From assembly GCF_902713615.1 (NCBI RefSeq), contig NC_052168.1, positions 5,952,001 through 6,016,000 on the forward strand: a stretch of 64,000 bases of DNA, written 5' to 3'. The position numbers were made by a program, and so were the translations under genes. Every line of letters begins with the position of its first letter. Within the stretch, counting starts at the first letter, position 1. Positions 55,301 to 64,000 of this stretch are shown here, in pieces. The notes beneath the pieces are model-generated. The model worked only from the letters and a program-made list of their open reading frames with translations. It searched no databases and was not told where the DNA came from. The DNA is from Scyliorhinus canicula (taxonomy: Eukaryota).

Positions 55301-58300
55301 GTTAAGTGAATTGGGCATTCTGAATTCTCCCTCCGTGTACCCGAATAGGCGCCGGAGTGTGGCGACTCGGGATTTTCACAGTAACTTCATCGCAGTGTTA
55401 ATGTAAGCCTACTTGTGACAATAATAAAGATTTTTTTTTTTAAATTTAGAGTATCTAATTCATTTTTTCCAATTAAGGGGCAATTTAGCGCGGCCAATCC
55501 ACCTAGCTTGCACATTTTTTTGGGTTGTGGGGGTGAAACCCACGCAAACACAGGGAGAATGTGCAAACTCCACACGGACAGTGACCCAGAGCTGGGATCG
55601 AACCTGGGACCTCTGCGACACTTGCCTTCTACAATAATAAAGATTATAATTAAGTAATCAGAGCACTTGTAAAGAGTGACTGTGCCTTCCGTGACTGGTG
55701 GGTACCACAGTTCTTCATCAGTCCCCATAATAACATTTTCATTTGATTGGACAAGTTTCCTTTAAGATTGTGTCTTTTGTTACACTGTCTCTTTAAGGGG
55801 CGATTGCTTTAATTTAACTGGTTAGTTTGATTAATTTGTCCAGTTTATTTTATGGGTTACTGAAAAGAATATAGCCAAGTTCCACACACGGGTACGGCCT
55901 CAACCGGGACCTGGGATTCATGTCACATTAAATTCACCCCCCATCATCTGGCCCGGGCTTGCAAAATCCTACCAACTGTCCTGGTTTTAGACAATTCACC
56001 CCTCTTTAACCTGTGATTATCCCTCTCTCTGGATCGGTCAAGACTTAATTACCTGCAAATGCTCGCATTCAAAGTATCGTCTTGCATCTTTGAATTTGTC
56101 TATATAAATCTTTCTGGAACACACCTCTTCATTCACCTGAGGAAGGAGCAGTGCTCCGAAAGTTCGTGTTTGAAACAAACCTGTTGGACTTTAACCTGGT
56201 GTTGTCAGACCTCTTACAAAAAAAATAGAGAAAGACTACGCCTTCCATGTGGGCAATGCAGCGGCTGGAGCGTATCATTGGCTCCCAAAACAACACTTTG
56301 TTTTAGTTTAAGTTTCCTTTAAATCCTGATCAGGATTGCTGGGACACTGGATGAGTTGGGAGGAGACAGACATTACGCAAGGTTGCATTCTGTAACAAAG
56401 GAACTACCGCAAAAAGGACAGGCGTCTGGTTTTATACTTCAACACCTCGTATGGGATACACTTCTCATTGTATTGCTCCGGATCCCATTTCCCCAACACC
56501 CACTGTGGGGTATCCTTCACTGACCTCTCTTCCTCGTCATCTTCGTCGCCCATGGCATCATCAATGGCGTCATTCATCATTTCCTCCTTCATGTCCATGA
56601 TCTCCGACTGCTTCTCAAACTCCATCATGATCTTCTGAATCTGAGGCAGTTTCAACTGCAACATGGGAGAACAGGATTCGGGAGGGAATAAAGGTCAGTA
56701 GCTCTCGTGCAGGAGGAAATCCGGGTACCCCAAGTAGCGATCACAAACAGCGTTTGGTCTAAATATGTGGTCGAAAACACGTGTCATCCCTACAGTTCCT
56801 CCCAAAAGCAGAAAGCAGTGATCTTAAGCTTTGGCTACAAGTACAGGATAACTAAAGCCCCTGGTCAAAAATAAATAGTGCAAATCGCGCATTCTGAAAC
56901 GGAAGGCTAAATGAACGCTGGTTACTGGAATAAACAATATTACCAATCACAACATCTGAAGAGAAAAGGCAGTTAATTTATCCCATCCTTTCCCTTTCTA
57001 GATGGATGGAATGCTGGTTAGCAGAGAGGAAGCAAAAAGTTGGAATAAATGGGTCTTTTGCTGATTGACAGACCAGTGACTAGTGGGATAGTGATGCATG
57101 GATCGGTGTCTGGACCCCATCTGTTCACATTATATATTAATGATTTGGACGAGGGAACTAAATGTGTTATCTCCAAATTTGCAGATGATACAAAGTTGGG
57201 TGGGAGGGCGAGTTGTGAGGAGGGTGCAGAGATGCTTCAGCGGGATTTGGACAGGGTGAGCGAGTGGCCATATGCATGGCAGATTCAGTATAATGTGGAT
57301 AAATGCGAGGTTATCCACGTTGGTCGCAAAAACAGGAAGGCAGATTATTATTTGATTGGGTATAAATTGAGAGAGGCGGATACTCAGCGAGACCTTGGTA
57401 TCCTCGTGCATCAGACGCTGAAAGTAAGCACGCAGGTACAGCAGGCAGTAAAGGAGGCAAATGGTAGGTTGTCCTTCATAGTGAGAGGATTTGAGTATAG
57501 GAACAGAGATATTTTACTGCAATTGTACAGGGCATTGGTGAGGCCACAGCTGGAGTATTGTGTGCAGTTTTGGGGTCCTTATCTGAGGAAGGATGTTCTT
57601 GCTATGGAGGGAGTGCAGCGAAGGTTTACCAGGCTGATTCCTGGGATGGCGGGACTGTCATATGAGGAGAGACTAAATTGGTTAGGATTATATTCATTGG
57701 AGTTTAGAGGAGATAGAGGGGATCTCATAGAAACTTATAAAATTCTAACAGGATTAGACAGGGGAGATTCAGAAACAATGTTCCCGATGGTGGGGGAGCC
57801 CAGAACCAGGGGTCATGGTTTGAGGATAAGGTGCTGAGATGAGGAGAAATTTCTTCACCCAGAGAATGGTGAATCTGTGGAATTCACTCCCAGACAGTAG
57901 TTGAGGCCAAAACGTTGTAGAATTTCAAGAAGGAATTAGATACAGCTCTTGGAGCTAAAGGGATACATGGTGGGAGAGGCGGGATCAGGATATTGAACTT
58001 GAGGATCAGCCACGATCATAATGATAGCCGAGGTAGGTTCTTTACTCAGAGAGTGGTTGGGGCGTGGAATGGACTGTCTGTTGTGAAAGTGGAGTCGGAC
58101 ACTTTAGGAACTTTCAAGCAGTTATTGGATAGGCACATGGAGCACATCAGAATGACAGGGAGTGGGATAGCTTGATCTTGATTTCGGACAAAGCTAGGCA
58201 CAACATCGCGGGCCGAAGGGCCTGTTCTGTTCTATGTAATAGTGGAACAGGCTCGAATGGCCACCGCCTGCTTGTCTTTTATGTATGTTTCTATGTAAAC

Positions 58301-60118
58301 GCTGATAAAATGTTTGAAAAATTCCCAGCATTTTTAAAAATTCACTCCAGGAGGTACTGAAATCCCTCAGCATCGCTGTAATCACCATGGGTCTCACAAC
58401 TCTGAACGTCCCGTTGCTATGATGCCTTGTACATGGCAGCAACCAAACCCATGGGCGAAAGATCCAGCTCTCTAATTCCTCTCCTGCAACACCCACTCTC
58501 TCACTACCCCCTCAGCCTACACTTGCTCACTCCAGCAGTAACAAAGGTATGGGCAGGCCCTATCTTACCTGCTGGTTCATGGTGGCCATGGCCTTAGTGA
58601 CACCCTTCATTGCCTGGGCCATGGTGTTGTTGGATTTCAGCGTCTGAATCTTCAGGGACACCGCCTGGATATTCGCCTTCATCATGATAAATTTCTTCAC
58701 GTAGCGCCGTGTTCGCACCAAGTCTTTCGCCATTATCTTAACTGCGTCCTAGGAGTTGGAAAAAAAAACCCAGAAAGGCTCATAAGCGAAGTCTAGAACT
58801 GCTCAGACAATCACCAGATTTACAGACACAGAAACAGGCCATTCAGCCCAAATAGTCCATGCTGTTATTTATACTCCACACGAGCCTCCTCCCTCTCTAT
58901 CAACCTATCTTCCTATTCCTTTCTCTCTCCTGTACCTCTTTGAACATCTGAAATAGGGGCAGAAATAGACCACTCCGCTGTGAGCCTCTCCACCTGCCAT
59001 TCAGTAAGTTCATGGCTGATGTGGTGTCAAGTTCTACATTCACATATACCCGTGATCCCCATCCCTAACAAGAATCTATCTCTGCCTTAAACATACCCAA
59101 TGACCCCGGCCTCCACCGCCTTCTGAAACACAGGTCCAAAGTCACACAACCCTCCGAGAAATAATTTCTCCTCATCTCGGTCCTGAAAGGGCGACCCCTA
59201 ATTTTAAAACCGTGCCCTCTGTTTCTGGACTCACCCACAAGAGGAAACATAATTTCCACGTCCGCCTTGTCAAGGTCGTTCAGGATAATATGCACTTCAA
59301 TCAAATCATCCTTCACTCTTTTAAACTCCAGTGGAAGCAAAACCAATACGTCCAACCTTTCCTCACAAGACGACACGTTCATTCCAGGTATTAATTTAGT
59401 AAACCTCCTCTGAATTGCCTCCAATGCATAATAATAATAATAATCTTGATTGTCACAAGTAGGCTTACATTAACACTGCAATGAAGTTACTGTGAAAAGC
59501 CCCCAGTCGCCACATTCCGGCGCCTGTTCGGGTACACGGAGGGAGAATTCAGAATGTCCAATTCACCTAACAGGCATGTCTTTCGGGACTTGTGGGAGGA
59601 AACCGGAGCACCCGGAGGAAACCAACACAGACACGGGGAGAACGTGTAGACTCCGCACAGAGAGTGACCCAAGCCGGGAATCGTATCCTGGAGCCAGGCG
59701 CTGTGAAGCAACAGTGCTAACCACTGTGCTACCTTCCCGCCCATTGCTGAAATTTCTGTCTTGGTGGCTTAAAATATGAATCAAAAGAATTACGATTAGA
59801 CCTGGAACCACCATTGCAGATTACCCAAGGCACGTTCAACTCATTACAATGTAACTGTGACGCAAATCGCCATCTTGAATTCCCATACTCGAAAGTGGCA
59901 GGAAGCTACCTTCCACGAAAGAATTCCTCAACATCTTCTCTCACGCGTACCATCTGTCCTTGTTTAGCCATTTTCTTAATGTCGGCGATGATTTTCTTCT
60001 CCTGCTGCTCCAGTTTCTGCCGCTCCCGGTCCAGCTCCCGCATGGCCCGATTCAGGGCCCGCTGGTTCTGCCGGAGCATCTCCTCCGGGGTCTTTCTCCT
60101 ACCGAATATGGCATTCAT
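47135..60118 (-). CDS. CHMP2A: Charged multivesicular body protein 2A (ESCRT-III), 219 aa; coding exons 60118-59951, 58748-58569, 56655-56525, 51251-51190, 47253-47135
   Basis: MNAIFGRRKTPEEMLRQNQRALNRAMRELDRERQKLEQQEKKIIADIKKMAKQGQM/DAVKIMAKDLVRTRRYVKKF...MNQQ/LKLPQIQKIMMEFEKQSEIMDMKEEMMNDAIDDAMGDEDDEEES/DAIVSQVLDELGLNLTDELSN/LPSTG...DADADLEKRLKNLRKD*; phases consistent (660 nt total); C-terminal MIM1 motif. Confidence 0.97.
49715..49935. mobile_element. Penelope-like element terminal fragment forming a 90-bp-arm palindrome
   Basis: Arms 49754-49843 and 49846-49935, one mismatch; flanking duplication TACTGAATAGAAG (49702-49714 / 49931-49943); related pieces at 53440-53566 and 55890-56216. 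Confidence 0.75.
50173..50475 (+). mobile_element. Solo LTR (Gypsy-type) inserted into CR1
   Basis: TG...CATCA ends, 5-bp TSD ATGTG (50168-50172 / 50476-50480), TATAAA, ATTAAA; 3' end AATTGATGGT[T/A]CATCA shared with the LTR at 20926-21197. Confidence 0.8.
51405..52050 (-). mobile_element. CR1/HER1-type LINE 3' fragment
   Basis: [40 protein letters not shown]; (ACATAGA)n tail. Confidence 0.9.
52124..53013. mobile_element. Two short A-tail V-SINE variants (52124-52358 +, 52790-53013 -)
   Basis: Family signatures. Confidence 0.8.
53130..53690 (+). mobile_element. CR1 3' fragment with an inserted Penelope-like piece (53440-53566)
   Basis: [12 protein letters not shown]...SRTRGH motifs; AAGAAATCTTACAACACCAGGTTAAAG piece. 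Confidence 0.75.
55180..55615. mobile_element. Tail-to-tail V-SINE pair (55180-55430 +, 55432-55615 -)
   Basis: Family signatures. Confidence 0.78.
55890..56216 (+). mobile_element. Penelope-like element 3' fragment
   Basis: GLNRDLGFMSH-type ORF end followed by CACCTGAGGAAGGAGCAGTGCTCCGAAAG...GGTGTTG, shared with the 49715 hairpin. Confidence 0.65.
57000..58260 (+). mobile_element. CR1/HER1-type LINE ORF2 fragment (262-aa open stretch) with a second CR1 tail nested
   Basis: GSVSGPHLFTLYINDLD...KFADDTK...LYRALVRPQLEYCVQFW. Confidence 0.92.
58940..59742 (-). mobile_element. CR1 3' fragment (58940-59428) and V-SINE (59430-59742)
   Basis: EAIQRRFTKLIPG...; SINE family signature. Confidence 0.82.
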
Positions 60119-60714
60119 GGTGCTTCAGTGAGCTGAGGGAGGGAGGGAAGGCAGCAAGAGGGGGGTCAGCACAGTTTAACCAGGCAACGCTGTTCTTTCA
60201 ACAGAAAAAAAAAATCACAATTCTCACGCAGGCTTTCCGGATGCCACAAAGGAAGGAATCACTTGAATTTAGAGCCTTTCTCAATGTCGCAAAACACTTG
60301 AGCCAGTGGTGTATCCTTATTGTCGGAGACATCATCCAATTAGCACACCGCAAGCTCCCACAAAAATCAACGTGACAATGACCGGATGATTATATATATT
60401 TTTTTAAACTTATGTGGGTTGAGGGATAAATATTGGTCAGGTCACTGGGGAGAACTCCTCAGCTCTTCTTCAAAATAGCGCCATGGGATCTTTTACAAGG
60501 AGCTCAGTTTGACTCCCTCAGCACTGCACTGGGAGAGGCAGCATGGACCGGGTACTCAGGCCGAGAGAGGGCAGGCATAAACCCATAAATCTCCTGGCAA
60601 TAGGATGCAACCCACAGAACCGTGGTGAATCCTGAAAAACCACAAAAACAAACCCACCCCCACCGCCAGTTCTACCAGAAGAGGGGCAAACAACCCTTCA
60701 GGTTGGTGCCCTGG

Positions 60715-61760
60715 AGAGGGGGAGAGGGCTGAGGGGAGAGGATAGTGGTGAGGGGGGGGGGGGGGGAGAACGGTGAGAGTGGGACGCTGAGGGTGGGTGA
60801 GGGGGGGATGGTGAGGGGTGGGAACGGTAAGGGTGGGACGCTGAGGGGGGGGATGGTGAGGGGTGGGTGAGGGGGGACGGTGAGGGTGGGTGAGAGGAGG
60901 GGACGGTGATGGTGGGTATGGGGGGATGGTGAGGGTGGGTATGGGGGGACGGTGAGGGTGGGTATGGGGGGACAGTGAGGGTGGGTATGGGGGGACGGTG
61001 AGGGTGGGTATGGGGGGACGGTGAGGGTGGGTATGGGGGGACGGTGAGGGTGGGTATGGGGGGACGGTGAGGGTGGGTATGGGGGGACGGTGAGCGTGGG
61101 TATGGGGGGACGGTGAGCATGGGTATGGGGGGTACGGTGAGGGTGTGTATGGGGGGACGGTGAGGGTGGGTATGGGGGACGGTGAGCGTCGGTATGGGGG
61201 GGGCGGTGAGGGTGGGTATGGGGGAACGGTGAGGGTGGGTATGGGGGAACGGTGAGGGTGGGTATGGGGGGACGGTGAGTGTGGGGGGACAGTGAGCGTG
61301 GAGACAGTGAGGGTGGGTATGGGCAGTACGGTGAAGGTGGGTATGGGGAGTACAGTGAAGGTGGGACGGTGAGGGTGGGTATGGGGGGCGGTGAGCGTGG
61401 GTATGGGGGGACGGTGAGTGTGGGTATGGGGGGACGGTGAGGTTGGGGACAGTGAGGGTGGGTATGTGGGGTACGGTGAGGGTGGGTATGGGGGGTACGG
61501 TGAGGGTGGGTATGGGGGGTACGGTGAGGGTGGGTATGGGGGGTACGGTGAGGGTGGGTATGGGGGGTACGGTGAGGGTGGGTATGGGTGGGACGGTGAG
61601 GGTGGGATGGTGAGGGTGGGTATGGGGGGTACGGTGAGGGTGGGTATGGGTGGGACGGTGAGGGTGGGATGGTGAGGGTGGGTATGGGTGGGACAGTGAG
61701 GGTGGGTATGGGGGGTACGGTGAAGGGGGGACGGTGAGGGTGGGGAAGGAGGGTGGTGGG
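60715..61760. repeat. G-rich ~23-bp minisatellite (GGTGAGGGTGGGTATGGGGGGAC) in CHMP2A intron 1
   Basis: Directly visible, ~40 units. Confidence 0.95.
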
Positions 61761-61789
61761 GTTTAAGCTGCCCCCTCCCCTCTGCTCGG

Positions 61790-62128
61790 TCGGCTCCCCT
61801 CCCCTCCTCCGGGCGGGCGGCTCCCCTCCCCTCCTCCGGGCGGGCGGCTCCCCTCCCCTCCTCCGGGCGGGCGGACCCCCTTCCCCGGGCGGGCGGGCGG
61901 ATCCCCTTCCCCGGGCGGGTGGGCGGATCCCCTTCCCCGGGCGGGCGGGCGGATCCCCTTCCCCGGGCGGGCGGGCGGGCGAATCCCCTTCCCCGGGCGG
62001 GCGGGCGGACCCCCTTTCCCGGGCGGGCGGACCCCCTTCCCCGGGCGGGCGGGCGGGCGGATCCCCTTCCCCGGGCGGGCGGGCGGATCCCCTTCCCCGG
62101 GCGGACCCCCTTTCCCGGGCGGGCGGAC
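61790..62128. repeat. GC-rich minisatellite (CCCCTTCCCCGGGCGGGCGGGCGGAT-like) at the start of CHMP2A intron 1
   Basis: Directly visible; many GGGCGG boxes. Confidence 0.9.
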
Positions 62129-62330
62129 CTGTCTCTCTCTCTGACTCCTGGATCTCCGGTGGGCTCGGGGCCTCTGCTTCCTGTTGTTGTCGATGACGTC
62201 ACCGGCGCCTCCGGCCAATGGGAAAGGTCGGCCGCAGTGACGCACTGCCGGCGGATGACATCACGCGTCACAACGTCAGCGACGTGACCTCTCCACCCCG
62301 CGCAGGCAGCCTGGGAAAGGCTGGCAGCAG
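62129..62330 (-). promoter_or_regulatory. CHMP2A: CHMP2A CpG-rich promoter and probable non-coding exon 1
   Basis: CRE TGACGTCA 62194-62201, further TGACG half-sites, CCAAT 62215-62219, CAGGAAG ETS-like site; candidate donor CAG|GTCCGC at 62129/62128; the ATG exon has an acceptor at 60133/60132, so an upstream exon is required. Confidence 0.7.
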
Positions 62331-62379
62331 CATTGGCCAGTGGCTGTGTGTTTGCAACTAATAACAATTATCATCAATA

Positions 62380-62875
62380 TTGTCACTGGTAGGCTTCCAT
62401 TAACACTGCAATGAAGTTACTGTGAAAAGCCCCTAGTCGCCACATTCCGGTGCCTGTTCGGGTACACGGAGGGAGAATTCAGAATGTCCAATTCACCTAA
62501 CAGCACGTCTTTCGGGACTTATGGGAGGAAACCGGAGCGCCCGGAGGAAACCCACGCAGACACGGGGAGAACGTGCAGACTCCGCACACACAGTGACCCA
62601 AGCCAGGAATCGAACCCGGGACCCTGGCACAGTGAAGCAACAGTGCTAACCACTGTGCTGCCACATGGCTGGTGGCAAAATACATGAAATGAAAAATGAA
62701 ATGAAAATCGCTTATTGTCACGAGTAGGCTTCAATGAAGTTACTGTGAAAAGCCCCTAGTTGCCACATTTCGCCGCCTGTCCGGGGAGGCTGGTACGGGA
62801 ATCAAACCGTGCTGCTGGCCTGCCTTGGTCTGCTTTAAAAGCCAGCGATTTAGCCTGGTGAGCTAAACCAGCCCC
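62380..62875 (-). mobile_element. V-SINE (62380-62668) and short head-B SINE (62685-62875)
   Basis: Family signatures. Confidence 0.8.
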
Positions 62876-63539
62876 TAACATGATTGTGTCATTGGGACAA
62901 TGATCACATCAGAGAATATTGTATGAGATCATATGGACTGGACCTTGTGTTTGGGACCAATGGCTTTATGAGCTGGGGCAGCGACACCTACATGAGGCTC
63001 GGCAAGGTTCCTTAGGCAGCACCCACCAAACCCACCATCTACAAGGATAAGAGCAGCAGATAACCTGGGAACGTTCCCCTCCCAAGTCACTCACCATCCC
63101 GGCTTGGAAATATATTAGCCGTTCCTTCACTGTCATTGGGTCCAAATCCTGGAACCCCCCCCCCACCCCTAGCGGTGCTATAGGGTTCTATGATCTATCA
63201 TATAAATGTACAGCCGATTGAAGGAGGCCGTTCAGTTCATCATGTCCAAGTAATCTCCCAGACTAATCCCACTTTACTTGCTGGTTCAAGCTATTCCTGA
63301 GCCAATCCGAGCTCTTCAAATAAGGGTTTCTTCCTCGCCCATCTTTTCAGGCCGTGAGCACCACATCCCCCGCCACCCCCAGGATGGCTACCTCCCCACA
63401 AATCTGCTCCAAACCTCCTGCCTTGGCCTATGGGCCACTCTTTATCACCATTTTATCCCGATACTCTGCCCTAAGTCAGCTTTGGCAACCATGGACTCCT
63501 ACTGGATTAGTCCAGGATTGTGCTTGGCAAAGTACTGCA

Positions 63540-64000
63540 ATGCGACCAGCCTGAACTTGTACGCCACTTCAGTAACTGACTTCATTAGTAAGTGTGTAGA
63601 AGACTGTGTGCCAAAGAAGCGAATCCGCGTGTTTCCCAACCGGAAACCTGGATGAACAGGGATATCCACTGCTTGCTGAAGTCTAGGTCTGAGGTGTTCA
63701 AGTCAGGCGGAGGTATTCGTAGACATCTTCAATCTCTCTTTACAAGAATCTGAGGTCCCTATCTGCTTCAAGAAGACGACCATCATCCCTGTACCAAAAA
63801 AGAATCAAGCAGCGTGCCTTAATGACTATCGTCCAGTGGCTCTGACAGCCATCATCATGAAGCGCTTCGAAAGGTTAGTCATGGCACGAATCAACTCCAG
63901 CCTCCCGGATCGCCTTGATCCACTACAGTTTGTCTACCACTGCAACAGGTCCACAGCAGACGCCATCTCCATGGCCCTGCACTCTACCCAGGAACACCTA
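63540..64000 (+). mobile_element. Rex1/Babar-type non-LTR retrotransposon RT fragment (runs off window)
   Basis: CVEDCVPKKRIRVFPNRKP; [14 protein letters not shown]...[23 protein letters not shown]. Confidence 0.78.

Noticed and set aside
57049-57837. 262-aa RT-like ORF as a host gene
   Set aside because: 5'-truncated CR1 ORF2 fragment antisense within a CHMP2A intron
60556-62367. 603-aa Pro/Arg-rich ORF on the - strand
   Set aside because: Translation of two minisatellites and the CpG island; no domain; lies in CHMP2A intron 1/promoter

Overview
Vertebrate genomic DNA, almost certainly from a cartilaginous fish (dense shark-type tRNA-derived V-SINE/HE1-like SINEs with CR1/HER1-type LINE tails; probably a catshark-like genome). 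Three gene systems sit in a repeat-rich background. (1) 1-21.6 kb, + strand: a tandem array of four 4-exon ferritin H/M-type genes. Copy 1 is truncated by the window edge, copies 2 and 3 are intact, and copy 4 is frameshifted by a 16-bp deletion in exon 3. Copies 2-4 have CCAAT/TATA/Inr promoters and ~40-nt 5'UTRs with no iron-responsive element. Their exons are homogenised while C-termini differ. (2) 25.1-38.5 kb, + strand: a small three-exon gene missed by the ORF track, encoding a 64-aa twin-CX9C protein clearly related to the mitochondrial copper chaperone COX17 (same intron position and phase, ...C-M-x-x-LGFK end) but lacking the Cys-Cys copper-binding motif. This is the most novel item and is a candidate retained 2R ohnolog of COX17. 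(3) 44.5-62.2 kb, - strand: CHMP2A (ESCRT-III; 5 coding exons, 219 aa) with a CpG-rich CRE/CCAAT promoter and an apparently long, repeat-free 3'UTR. The remainder is SINEs, CR1/L2/L1/Rex1 LINE fragments, Penelope-type hairpins, Gypsy solo LTRs and a gag relic, and several G/C-skewed minisatellites. All coordinates and translations were read by hand.
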